Source: a virus
Taxonomy: Duplodnaviria > Caudoviricetes
Virus record (IMG/VR): IMGVR_UViG_3300019762_000017
Coordinates: 1 to 37,671 of that record
DNA: 37,671 nt
Reading direction: 5' to 3' (one strand)
A program made the position numbers and the translations under genes. This document shows, piece by piece, positions 27,635-35,926 of this stretch (positions are counted from its first letter, which is position 1; every line of letters starts with the position of its first letter). The notes beneath the pieces were generated by a model. That model was not told the origin of the DNA and ran no database searches. It worked only from the letters and a program-made list of their open reading frames with translations.

Positions 27635-29266
27635 ATGACAGTTACAGCTACCAACAGAAAAGATACATTTACCACCAACGGTGTCACGGTTGACTTTGCA
27701 TTTACATTCAATATCACAGATGTAACTCAAGTCACTGCGATCACAGTTGATGCGGAGGGGACTGAAACTCCTTACACTAACTTCACGGTCTCTCAGAATA
27801 TAGCAACCGCAGGCGGTGTTCTGACAACCCTTGACGTCCTTAATAATGTCGATCTAGTGATTATTAGAGACACACAGCAAACTCAAGAGATCGACTACAT
27901 AGAGGGCGGTAGATTCCCGGCTAACTCTCACGAGGATGCTCTAGATAAGCTGACTCAGCAAGATCAGGAGCTTCAAGAGCAGCTAGACCGAACTATAACA
28001 GCGAACATAAGCGATCAGAATCCACTCGACTACAATGGGATTATCGAAAAGATAGAGCAGGGCGATGTCGATTCGATAAACACAGCAAACAACTACACCG
28101 ATCAACAAGTATTCAACTCCGGCACAGTAACACCGGACAGTGTATACAAAGGTGACGAACAAATAACAAGCCTCGTGCTCTGGCCGAAGCCTGCAAACGT
28201 TTCCGCCATCATCGGCGATATAGTACTAGCTGGGACTACAGCGTTGAGAGACGCCGTTACTGATAGGATTTACACAACTGACGTAACTGTGAGCGGTGAG
28301 ATAACGGCATTAGATTTCGGGCTGTTAACCGCCACCATTGGCGGTGTAGGCGTAACACTTAAGCTTTACGAGTACTATGTTAAGGACGATGTTTACAATA
28401 AAGCCGAGACTTACAATAAAGCCGAGACTTACAATCAATCAGAAGTTTACACAAAGACTGAAGCCGATGATGAGTTTTCAAGGTCGGTGCAAAACCGCTG
28501 GGTAGGAAACCAAAACTTCAACGTGCTCGGCAAAGACGGTTACCCACTACTTGACGCAGTACCGCAAGATATTCTAGCCGGAAATGAGATAGCAGCGGGC
28601 ATTATTGCTCTAACTGACTGCTTGCAGATGACCAAAATCAACGGCGTGATTAACTCGGCAAGCAACACAGGTATCATTCAGCGTAGTTACCCGAAAGACG
28701 ATGCCGGAGAAATAACGAAAAACTCTCAATACTGTGGATTTAAAGATCATCTAGGTGCTCAGATTCAAGCTGACGTTGACGCATTCAGTGCGGCCGGGGC
28801 GAGAATCACGGATGATGCATCGAATGTGTACGGTGCCATTGACTTATCTATCGCAACTGACGGACTGCAATTCCTGTTTCTCGCAAATGAAGCGGGTATT
28901 ATTGAGAATGTTAGTGATAACAAATCAAGCAGAAGCTACAACCCAGTAACGGAGCATAGCCCTCAAGTTTTAGATGCATGGGCAGTGATAGACGGTGCAA
29001 CGGGATTAATTTTAAGTTCATACAATATTTCGTCAGTTGTTAAAAACGGCACAGGCAGATTGACTGTAACGAGCGGGACTGATTTTGGAAACTTAAATTT
29101 CCTTTTGCTAACATCAATCGGGAAAGCGGGCGGTAACCTATTCGATAGAAGTGTCATTGAAGATACAACATTCAGAACAAGCGATAGCGTCAGGGTAGCA
29201 ACTGGCACAGGCATTCTAGCATATGAAGATCTTCCTTATGTTTTTGTTGCATTTTGTGGGCTATAG
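27635..29266 (+). CDS. Tail fibre
   Basis: T7 gp17-like N-terminus (NGVTVDFAFTF...HEDALDKLT); C-terminal AW..IDG...SYNISSV...GTG domain. Confidence 0.85.
   Translation: MTVTATNRKDTFTTNGVTVDFAFTFNITDVTQVTAITVDAEGTETPYTNFTVSQNIATAGGVLTTLDVLNNVDLVIIRDTQQTQEIDYIEGGRFPANSHEDALDKLTQQDQELQEQLDRTITANISDQNPLDYNGIIEKIEQGDVDSINTANNYTDQQVFNSGTVTPDSVYKGDEQITSLVLWPKPANVSAIIGDIVLAGTTALRDAVTDRIYTTDVTVSGEITALDFGLLTATIGGVGVTLKLYEYYVKDDVYNKAETYNKAETYNQSEVYTKTEADDEFSRSVQNRWVGNQNFNVLGKDGYPLLDAVPQDILAGNEIAAGIIALTDCLQMTKINGVINSASNTGIIQRSYPKDDAGEITKNSQYCGFKDHLGAQIQADVDAFSAAGARITDDASNVYGAIDLSIATDGLQFLFLANEAGIIENVSDNKSSRSYNPVTEHSPQVLDAWAVIDGATGLILSSYNISSVVKNGTGRLTVTSGTDFGNLNFLLLTSIGKAGGNLFDRSVIEDTTFRTSDSVRVATGTGILAYEDLPYVFVAFCGL
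28394..28465 (+). repeat. 18-nt in-frame tandem repeat, 2 perfect plus 2 degenerate copies
   Basis: TACAATAAAGCCGAGACT twice, then TACAATCAATCAGAAGTT and TACACAAAGACTGAAGCC. Confidence 0.9.
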
Positions 29267-29275
29267 GTGGTAATT

Positions 29276-29830
29276 ATGAGCAATGTAATAGTATTTAATG
29301 GCAAAGACGGGCGAGTTAATTTCTCACATATCGGTAGCAGCGATGCATCTGAGTTAGCAAAAAAACTAGGCCTGTCGATGGGTGAGTATATTACCGTTAA
29401 TCACTCAGAGCTCCCCTTGTGTGATATGTCAAGATGGGCATTTGACGGTAAAAAAGTTACAGAGTCAAAGTTGACGATAGATCAATGCAAATGCTCACTT
29501 GCTGATGCTCGCTGGAATAAGCAGAATTTAGGCGTTGTTGTTGATGGAATTGAAATCCAGACTGATGAGAATTCAGTTAAAAAAATGGAGTCATACGTTA
29601 CTGAATCAATCATAAATGGTCTCATTGACGTACCGTGGAAGTTAGCGGATGGCACATTTAAGTTATACACAGTGCAAGAGCTGAAACCTGTTTACAAGTG
29701 CGTTGTAACTTATATCAATGAATGCTTTAGAAATGAAATGTCATTACAAAGTGAGCTTGATTTAGCAGCAGACCCGACCGTAGTTAATCTAGAAACTGGC
29801 TGGCCGAGTCGAGTATTCACCACAGTTTAA
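29276..29830 (+). CDS. Tail fibre assembly protein (DUF4376-like)
   Basis: ARW....GVVVDG..IQTD..S, WKLADGTF, CF..E, GWP. Confidence 0.75.
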   Translation: MSNVIVFNGKDGRVNFSHIGSSDASELAKKLGLSMGEYITVNHSELPLCDMSRWAFDGKKVTESKLTIDQCKCSLADARWNKQNLGVVVDGIEIQTDENSVKKMESYVTESIINGLIDVPWKLADGTFKLYTVQELKPVYKCVVTYINECFRNEMSLQSELDLAADPTVVNLETGWPSRVFTTV

Positions 29831-29847
29831 ATTTACACTGTAAAACT

Positions 29848-29874
29848 AAGCCCTCGATGTGAGGGCTTTTATTT
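29848..29874. terminator. Terminator between convergent operons
   Basis: AAGCCCTC-GATGT-GAGGGCTTTTATTT. Confidence 0.85.
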
Positions 29875-30088
29875 ATCTAATCCCGCTCCTCCACTGCTGC
29901 ATTATTTCATCCATCTCGTTGCATATTCTATCTCTGACAATCCAGTAGTAATTATCATCATCGTAGCAATATCTGACAAGCTTCGGGTGAAGAGCTTCCA
30001 GTTTATCCGATAGTAAATCAATCCTAGCTTTAAGTTCAGGCACTTTGCGCTTTGTGAATACAAGCGCTCTTATAAATCCGATAATCAC
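29873..30088 (-). CDS. Hypothetical protein
   Basis: GTGA coupling; GGAG RBS. Confidence 0.55.
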   Translation of the reverse strand: MIIGFIRALVFTKRKVPELKARIDLLSDKLEALHPKLVRYCYDDDNYYWIVRDRICNEMDEIMQQWRSGIR

Positions 30089-30357
30089 AGCTCCGTCTCC
30101 TTATTAATCAAAGCGCCCTCAATCGTACCTAGCAAGTCCACATCCCAACCCTGAGTATTCACACCGATTTTAAAATATGAACGCGTCATGCCGATCTCAC
30201 AGCTTATATGCATATCATGCAGCTCGATAGGTCGGTCATTGTTCAGCGAATCTTGAAATTGTTGTTGCAAGTAATCGAATGCATCGGCTTTTTGCTGCAA
30301 TACTTTCACTTCATTGCGGACATCAGGCAGCATATCGAGTAACTGTTGCTTATTCAT
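30085..30357 (-). CDS. Hypothetical protein (start MNKQQLL)
   Basis: QKADAFD motif; packs between its neighbours. Confidence 0.6.
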   Translation of the reverse strand: MNKQQLLDMLPDVRNEVKVLQQKADAFDYLQQQFQDSLNNDRPIELHDMHISCEIGMTRSYFKIGVNTQGWDVDLLGTIEGALINKETEL

Positions 30358-30358
30358 A

Positions 30359-30589
30359 TTAATCACCCGTATTTCGCCCGCGACCGTAGCCCATTTTCTC
30401 GCGCTCATCGACTTCAATAACTTGGTCTCTAGCGCCAATCTCAACACGTTCAAGCATTCTAGCTTTGCGTCTTTCTTCACGCTCAGCATTGCGACGATTT
30501 ACGCCTTCGTTATATTCCGCAAGCGATTCAGAACTAACACTTGCTATTGTTTGCTTTGCTATTAATGAGTAATCAATCTTCATCTTCAT
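30359..30589 (-). CDS. Hypothetical charged protein (start MKMKIDY)
   Basis: GAGG RBS; Arg/Glu-rich helix; NTGD C-terminus. Confidence 0.6.
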   Translation of the reverse strand: MKMKIDYSLIAKQTIASVSSESLAEYNEGVNRRNAEREERRKARMLERVEIGARDQVIEVDEREKMGYGRGRNTGD

Positions 30590-30770
30590 ATTCAACCTCT
30601 TCTCTATTCCACATAACTTTACGAAACCAGCTACACCAACCATTAACATCATGAAGCATGTATCCGCGATCTACTTCTGGTATGTTTTTGCTAAGTACAT
30701 TATCAGCGTGGTCTTTTGCCTTTTCCTCACTGCTGAACTTGCAATAAACAGTTTCTAATTTAAACGCCAT
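30573..30770 (-). CDS. Hypothetical protein
   Basis: GGAGTGAG RBS; first gene of the leftward operon. Confidence 0.55.
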   Translation of the reverse strand: MAFKLETVYCKFSSEEKAKDHADNVLSKNIPEVDRGYMLHDVNGWCSWFRKVMWNREEVEYEDED

Positions 30771-30801
30771 TTCACTCACTCCAATTGCGTAACGTGAATC
30801 T

Positions 30802-30899
30802 AATTTAGTTTAATTGATGGAAAATAGCAAGCTCATTTTAATATTAAAATAATATTCACTTAACCATTGACACGATATTCTTTTGATATTAATATTCAC
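30802..30899. promoter_or_regulatory. Divergent sigma70 promoters with AATATT repeats
   Basis: Minus TTGCTA-N17-TAAATT; plus TTGACA(30867)-N17-TAATAT; palindrome TTTTAATATTAAAA; TAATATTCAC twice. Confidence 0.7.
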
Positions 30900-30923
30900 C
30901 ATATCAAACAACGAGAGGTAAAT

Positions 30924-31079
30924 ATGAGCGACGATAACAAGCCGAAACAACGGGCGGCATATTTTACTGATGAAGAGTATGAATTGGTAAAAAAGGCAGC
31001 AGGCGTGAGCGATAAGAGAAACCTTGCTCACTTCATTAATTACAGCGTCCTAAAGGAAGCTAAGAGAGTGTTGAAATGA
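30924..31079 (+). CDS. RHH protein resembling DUF1778/TacA-type antitoxins
   Basis: AYFTDEEYELVKKAA...NLAHFI....LKEAKRVL; GAGG RBS. Confidence 0.6.
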   Translation: MSDDNKPKQRAAYFTDEEYELVKKAAGVSDKRNLAHFINYSVLKEAKRVLK

Positions 31080-31498
31080 GTTACATATACGTTGCTGAGT
31101 CAGGAGATGGGTACATCAAGATAGGCAAAACAAACTCTCCAGCAGAAAGAAAGGCGACAATACAGTCAGGTATGGGGATATCTATAACTAAATTTCGAGC
31201 GTTTGAGTGTGAAGGTGACTCTTTAGTTTCGGAGAAGGAAGCGCATAGACTTCTTTCCAGTCTGTCCTTATTTGGAGAATGGTTTGCTTGCAAGTTTGAT
31301 GACGCTGTAAACATATGCAGATACGTATCAAAAAATCCAGATCTTATAAGCGACACTGATGAAGTAAAAATTAATCTAGGCGTTCCAGAGTCTTTATCTA
31401 AAGACTTAAAGGAAATCGCAAAAGGGAAGGGTATGAAGTTTCACGCCTTTTTAAATCAAGAGTTAACGAAAGTAGCTAACAGAGGTAAAAAGGGGTGA
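31076..31498 (+). CDS. GIY-YIG (T5orf172/MUG113-like) domain plus C-terminal RHH
   Basis: YIYV....YIKIGKT..PAER, EKEAH, GEWF; INLGVPESLSKDLKEIA tail. Confidence 0.8.
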   Translation: MSYIYVAESGDGYIKIGKTNSPAERKATIQSGMGISITKFRAFECEGDSLVSEKEAHRLLSSLSLFGEWFACKFDDAVNICRYVSKNPDLISDTDEVKINLGVPESLSKDLKEIAKGKGMKFHAFLNQELTKVANRGKKG

Positions 31499-31501
31499 GT
31501 G

Positions 31502-32146
31502 ATGGGTATTCCAGTATTGATACTCGGTGAGAGTGGTTGCGGCAAATCAACAAGCATGAGGAATTTAAATCCTAATGACTGCTTCTTGATTCAGTCAGTT
31601 AAGAAACTACTTCCATTCAGAAATGAATTTAAACCAATGTCGAAAGAAGGAGGGCAAATAAAAGCCACTGACAATACTCAAATGATCATTAGAGTGATTG
31701 ACGGAGCCGTGAAGCTTGGCAAAAAGATGATCATCATTGATGACTTTCAATACATCATGGCTAATGAGTTCATGCGCAGAAGTAAAGAAAAGTCATACGA
31801 CAAGTTTAATGATATCGGCTTTAACGCATGGAGCATCATTAACCACGCTCAATCAGTTGATAGTGATATCAGGGTTTACTTTATGTCTCATGTTGAAACT
31901 GACATGAACGGTAAAACTAAAATCAAAACAATCGGCAAAATGCTTGATGAAAAGATAACACTAGAGGGTCTATTCACTATCGTGTTAGGCGCATCCGTTT
32001 CTGATAGCAAGTACACATTCACAACGCAAAACGGCGGTAGCGACACGCTCAAAAGCCCAATGGGTATGTTTGATGATTTACACATTGATAACGATTTGAA
32101 AATGATTGATGACACGATCATTGAATATTACAAACTGGAGAAATAA
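31502..32146 (+). CDS. Sak4-like single-strand annealing ATPase
   Basis: LGESGCGKST, IIDDFQY, KTIGKMLDEKITLEGLFT, KSPMGMF. Confidence 0.85.
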   Translation: MGIPVLILGESGCGKSTSMRNLNPNDCFLIQSVKKLLPFRNEFKPMSKEGGQIKATDNTQMIIRVIDGAVKLGKKMIIIDDFQYIMANEFMRRSKEKSYDKFNDIGFNAWSIINHAQSVDSDIRVYFMSHVETDMNGKTKIKTIGKMLDEKITLEGLFTIVLGASVSDSKYTFTTQNGGSDTLKSPMGMFDDLHIDNDLKMIDDTIIEYYKLEK

Positions 32147-32148
32147 GA

Positions 32149-32757
32149 ATGAACACAGTATTTAATTACAACCAGGAAGAAGCCGCACAAATTGGTGGTA
32201 GCTCTTACGTTTCAAAGTCTGGCGGTTATGACTTTAAAGTTGTCTCAGCTAAGTTTGTTAACTCTACAAACTCACAAGCTCGCGCTCTTGAAATGGATTT
32301 AGAAACTCGTGATGGATTGAAGTGCAATTATATCTCTATTAACTTTGTTAATGGTCAAGGTCAACCAAACCCATACGGAAATAAATTAATTCAGGCAATT
32401 ATGGGCTGCTCTGGTACTCAGCAGTTAAATGAAGATCAGCAAGGTGATTGCCCTAATCTTATCGGTAAGTTCTTCAAAGCTGTAGTTCAGCGTATTGATT
32501 ACACTAAAAATAATGGAGGAGATGGTTATAAGTTTGAAATCAAACTACCAGCTCACATTCAAACCAGCAAAACTGTAAAAGAAGCAATTGATAACTCAGC
32601 AGCATCAGCATTTGATAAGTACGCTGCATCAATCGAAGATAAGGATGAGCGAACACAATCAGCACCCACTCAACATCAGCGAGAGAGTTCACAACCTCAA
32701 TCAACAGCACCTCAATATAATGAAGTTCCTGACGATTTTGATGACTGCCCATTTTAA
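32149..32757 (+). CDS. Single-stranded DNA-binding protein
   Basis: Follows Sak4; OB-like core; acidic DDFDDCPF tail. Confidence 0.75.
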   Translation: MNTVFNYNQEEAAQIGGSSYVSKSGGYDFKVVSAKFVNSTNSQARALEMDLETRDGLKCNYISINFVNGQGQPNPYGNKLIQAIMGCSGTQQLNEDQQGDCPNLIGKFFKAVVQRIDYTKNNGGDGYKFEIKLPAHIQTSKTVKEAIDNSAASAFDKYAASIEDKDERTQSAPTQHQRESSQPQSTAPQYNEVPDDFDDCPF

Positions 32758-32814
32758 ATCAACCCTTAACCAACCAATATCAGCGGTCACATGACCGCTT
32801 AACGGAGTAGAATA

Positions 32815-33357
32815 ATGAAACACGTAATGCTAGATATTGAAACACTAGGCAACAAAACAAACTCGGTCATCTTATCAATTGGCGCTTGTTACTTCGATCC
32901 CAAAACTGGCGAGATTGGCGACACTATGTCAGTTCATATTGATGCTAGTTCGTGCATTGATCGAGGATTAAGTATGGATGCATCTACTGTTCTCTGGTGG
33001 CTATCTCAGGAAAAAGGCGCTCAAGCAAAAATTACTGAAGGTCAAAACGCAAGCGAAGATATAACCACTGCATTAAAAGATCTTACTAGGTTCATTCATT
33101 CAGAATCTCAAGTTTGGGGTAATGGTGCAACCTTCGATAACTCCATTGTTAAGAATGCATACGAAAAATGCAATATGGGAGCGCCCTGGAAGTTTTGGAA
33201 TGATCGCGATGTTCGCACGATTTTAGAGCTTGGTTATCAAATCGGATTCAATCCTAAAAAAGACATACCATTTGAAGGTGTGCGACATGACGCGCTAGAT
33301 GATGCAATCCATCAGGCTAAATATGTATCAGCAATCTGGCAGAAGCTAACCAACTAA
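32815..33357 (+). CDS. DEDDh 3'-5' exonuclease
   Basis: MLDIETLG, WGNGATFD, RDVRT, HDALDDA. Confidence 0.9.
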   Translation: MKHVMLDIETLGNKTNSVILSIGACYFDPKTGEIGDTMSVHIDASSCIDRGLSMDASTVLWWLSQEKGAQAKITEGQNASEDITTALKDLTRFIHSESQVWGNGATFDNSIVKNAYEKCNMGAPWKFWNDRDVRTILELGYQIGFNPKKDIPFEGVRHDALDDAIHQAKYVSAIWQKLTN

Positions 33358-33381
33358 CCACCCATAACGGAGTAATGAAAT

Positions 33382-33657
33382 ATGGACAAGTGCTACAGAG
33401 TTTTAAAACGATGGCGATCTGGTGACATAAAAGAGCTTGAGCTAATAAGCAGATCAGCAAAAACTGCAATTGTTAAAGGGACGTATTGCTACCCAGATAT
33501 AGAGCGAAGAATGCGCATTGAAACTGAAGTCCATCTAATTGTCTTTAGCGCAGAGGAAGCCAAAAAAGTAGCCAAGGACATGATTGAAAAAAGAATATCT
33601 GTATACGAAAAGAGTATTAAAGATCTAAAATCGGAAGAGATAAAAATCAGCCAATAA
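33382..33657 (+). CDS. Hypothetical protein
   Basis: ACGGAG RBS; followed by terminator. Confidence 0.65.
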   Translation: MDKCYRVLKRWRSGDIKELELISRSAKTAIVKGTYCYPDIERRMRIETEVHLIVFSAEEAKKVAKDMIEKRISVYEKSIKDLKSEEIKISQ

Positions 33658-33664
33658 CCCCACC

Positions 33665-33690
33665 AAGCCCGCTTAATGTGGGCTTTTTTT
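33665..33690 (+). terminator. Intrinsic terminator
   Basis: AAGCCCGC-TTAAT-GTGGGCTTTTTTT. Confidence 0.85.
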
Positions 33691-33710
33691 ATGCGTGGAA
33701 GGAAATAAAG

Positions 33711-33758
33711 TGTTGCATTGTGAAACGTATGGGTATATATTTGTTTCACGGTGTAACA
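33711..33758 (+). promoter_or_regulatory. pR-like promoter with two 17-bp palindromic operators
   Basis: TTGCAT-N17-TATATT; TGTTGCA-TTG-TGAAACG and TGTTTCA-CGG-TGTAACA. Confidence 0.7.
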
Positions 33759-33771
33759 ACAAGGAGGCGAA

Positions 33772-33951
33772 ATGCCTGAACACTTAAAAGCCTTGATAGG
33801 TAATCAAGCGAAGCTACAAGAGCTATTAGGATGCAGTAGAACTCAAGCTTGGAGAATATGGACAGGGAAAAGCTCATTAACTCCAATTAACGAAAAGTAT
33901 TTATCAAAAGTATTACAGGATGAAATGTATGAATCAGTTAGTGACAAATAG
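33772..33951 (+). CDS. Cro-like HTH protein (59 aa, absent from ORF track)
   Basis: AAGGAGG RBS; NQAKLQELLGCSRTQAWRIWTG. Confidence 0.75.
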   Translation: MPEHLKALIGNQAKLQELLGCSRTQAWRIWTGKSSLTPINEKYLSKVLQDEMYESVSDK

Positions 33952-34579
33952 CCAATCAAAAACCATGTCATCGATAGAGATTGCCGAGCTGACAGAAAAG
34001 CGCCACTCCGATGTAATGCGTGACATTCGAGTAATTCAAGAACAATTAGATGAGCGCAAGTTTGCGGTTATGTCTCACTATGTGGATAGCTCGAATAGAA
34101 AGCAAGGTATGTGGATTCTTGACTATAACGAAACAATGGTTTTACTAACTGGCTACAGCGTAAAAATGAGAATGAAGGTTATTGATAGATGGCAGGAATT
34201 GGAGCAGAAGTCACAGCCACAAATACCAACTAACTTTGCAGAGGCTTTACAGTTAGCGGCAGACCAAGCCAAGCAACTCGAACTTGCAGCGCCTAAAGTC
34301 GCATTCGTTGATAACTATGTAGAAAAAACAAACCTACTTAATGCCACTCAAGTAGGTCAGAAATTTAAAATGTCAGCAGTAAGAATCAACAAATTCCTAG
34401 ATGCTATCGGAGGAGTATATAACAAAAACGTTAAGCGTGGTCGTGCTTTCACTCAATCATTTGTAGATAAAGGTTATGGCGAAATGAAAACTAACGAGAT
34501 GGGTTATCCACAGGCCTTATTTACCACTAAGGGTGATGCGTGGATTCATCAGCAATTGGTGAGCGAAGGTGTGATATGA
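33929..34579 (+). CDS. Rha-family regulator with antirepressor (KilAC-like) C-terminus
   Basis: TMSSIEIAELTEKRHSDVMRDI, TGYS...R..VIDRWQELE, PTNFAEALQLAAD, APKVAFVD. Confidence 0.88.
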   Translation: MNQLVTNSQSKTMSSIEIAELTEKRHSDVMRDIRVIQEQLDERKFAVMSHYVDSSNRKQGMWILDYNETMVLLTGYSVKMRMKVIDRWQELEQKSQPQIPTNFAEALQLAADQAKQLELAAPKVAFVDNYVEKTNLLNATQVGQKFKMSAVRINKFLDAIGGVYNKNVKRGRAFTQSFVDKGYGEMKTNEMGYPQALFTTKGDAWIHQQLVSEGVI

Positions 34580-34863
34580 CAATACACACTACAGCAGCCA
34601 AGTTTCACGCAGCTAACGACATCGACGGCATGAGAATAGCAACTGAAGCCCGTCGAAAGTTTGGACACAACGCCTGGATGTGCGCAATCGTTGAATGTAG
34701 AAACAAGCCTAAGCCCACTGTAAAGCCCGTAGAGGAGATTAAGCCCGAGCCGACACAAACAGACACACGTAAGATAGATATGCGAGCTGAGCCAGTCCAG
34801 AGCGGTAGAACAGCATCAGGGACACTAACTAAGAAAAGTAATCTTGATATAACTAATATGTAG
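34576..34863 (+). CDS. Hypothetical protein
   Basis: ATGA coupling to rha. Confidence 0.6.
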   Translation: MTIHTTAAKFHAANDIDGMRIATEARRKFGHNAWMCAIVECRNKPKPTVKPVEEIKPEPTQTDTRKIDMRAEPVQSGRTASGTLTKKSNLDITNM

Positions 34864-34874
34864 GAGTGAGTGAG

Positions 34875-35042
34875 ATGAGTAATTCAATTCAAGTTAAGAA
34901 AGAAGTAGAAATGGAGATACAGGTAGATCACATTAAGTGCCAAGATTGTCATGACGAGCTTGATTTTGAAATGACATGTGATAGCTACGGTGATATCCAA
35001 ATCGCAGTAGAGAGATGCAAGTGTGAAGATAGCCAACAATAA
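34875..35042 (+). CDS. Small putative Zn-binding protein (55 aa)
   Basis: Read by hand; AGGAGTGAG RBS; CQDC...CKC. Confidence 0.6.
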   Translation: MSNSIQVKKEVEMEIQVDHIKCQDCHDELDFEMTCDSYGDIQIAVERCKCEDSQQ

Positions 35043-35052
35043 GGAATAGACG

Positions 35053-35304
35053 ATGGAAGATATAAAAACAATAACCGCATGCAGCGACGATAAAACAGAG
35101 CAATACAGGCTGCTTAATATGCTGCATGTGATGGCTGGCAAGTTATCTTTAAGTAAGATTGATAACTGGGGTTTAAAGTGTGTTGCAACCTACCCGGAGT
35201 ATGCCCTAACTACGTATACCAATGGCATAATTGATATTGAAGTTGTTAGCTCATATGGGCAGCACACATACACAATGAAAGCAGTTGAAGTTGAAGAAGA
35301 TTAA
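35053..35304 (+). CDS. Hypothetical protein
   Basis: AAGGA RBS. Confidence 0.6.
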   Translation: MEDIKTITACSDDKTEQYRLLNMLHVMAGKLSLSKIDNWGLKCVATYPEYALTTYTNGIIDIEVVSSYGQHTYTMKAVEVEED

Positions 35305-35319
35305 CCCTTTAAGGAGTAG

Positions 35320-35568
35320 ATGATAATGATGATGTTAAGTCAGATGCAAATTGACGCACTTATTAATAGTGAAGATTACATTAATAAGCTAGCCGAAGAG
35401 TTGATGCTTAATGAAATCCTTTGCGGTGAATGCGATCCCGTAGTGTTTCTAAAAAGAACAATGAGAAGCGTACTAGCTGAGGAAAAGAAGCCACGGAGTA
35501 TAATGAAAAGCGCTTACTGGGATAAATGGGTAGAACGAGATTTAACCCCCTTAATAGAGAGTGAATGA
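35320..35568 (+). CDS. Hypothetical protein
   Basis: TAAGGAG RBS. Confidence 0.6.
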   Translation: MIMMMLSQMQIDALINSEDYINKLAEELMLNEILCGECDPVVFLKRTMRSVLAEEKKPRSIMKSAYWDKWVERDLTPLIESE

Positions 35569-35586
35569 TTAATTTGATAACAAGGT

Positions 35587-35645
35587 AAAGGAGTGTAATA
35601 GCTCCTTTCTTTATACTTGACTTGTACCCACGTTGAGTGTATATT
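35587..35645 (+). promoter_or_regulatory. Terminator followed by sigma70 promoter
   Basis: AAAGGAG..CTCCTTTCTTT; TTGACT(35617)-N17-TATATT. Confidence 0.7.
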
Positions 35646-35673
35646 GATTACACAATAAAGAGATGAGGTTTGT

Positions 35674-35874
35674 ATGGAAAAGTTACCAGTTCGATTCCCT
35701 GAGAAGCACGTGTTAGGTATTTCAGATTTAATGGATTCACTAGGTTCAAATCAGAGTGATATGGCTCGAGCAGCTATGGAGCTGGGGTTAATGCAGATTA
35801 AGGAGCTAGCAGCAAGAAACGTTGAATCAGCTCAGCAATTAGTTGCCATTAGCTCGTATAAAGCAAAGCAATAA
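35674..35874 (+). CDS. CopG/RHH-like DNA-binding protein
   Basis: KLPVRFPE...NQSDMARAAMELGL. Confidence 0.7.
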   Translation: MEKLPVRFPEKHVLGISDLMDSLGSNQSDMARAAMELGLMQIKELAARNVESAQQLVAISSYKAKQ

Positions 35875-35917
35875 AAAACGCGCAAGCCCGACCAAAAGCA
35901 ATGCGCGTAGTAAGTAC
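35870..35917 (-). ncRNA. Putative oop-like antisense RNA
   Basis: Minus-strand terminator ACGCGCA...TGCGCGT-TTTTT; TGTCATAAT extended -10 overlapping the ATG at 35927. Confidence 0.4.
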
Positions 35918-35926
35918 GAGGTAATT

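Noticed and set aside
9244-29278. Genome-wide TAG recoding, suggested by in-frame TAG junctions at 9246, 12422 and 29266
   Set aside because: All genes are full length in the standard code, no suppressor tRNA was seen, and two of the TAGs simply form part of the next RBS (TAGG)
27635-29830. Diversity-generating retroelement, as in BPP-1-like phages
   Set aside because: No reverse transcriptase motif and no TR/VR repeat pair seen
590-35141. Many opposite-strand or nested ORFs in the track (e.g. 2721..3158, 16772..17164, 24440..24874, 26379..26798)
   Set aside because: Shadows of well-supported genes, with no RBS or recognisable motifs
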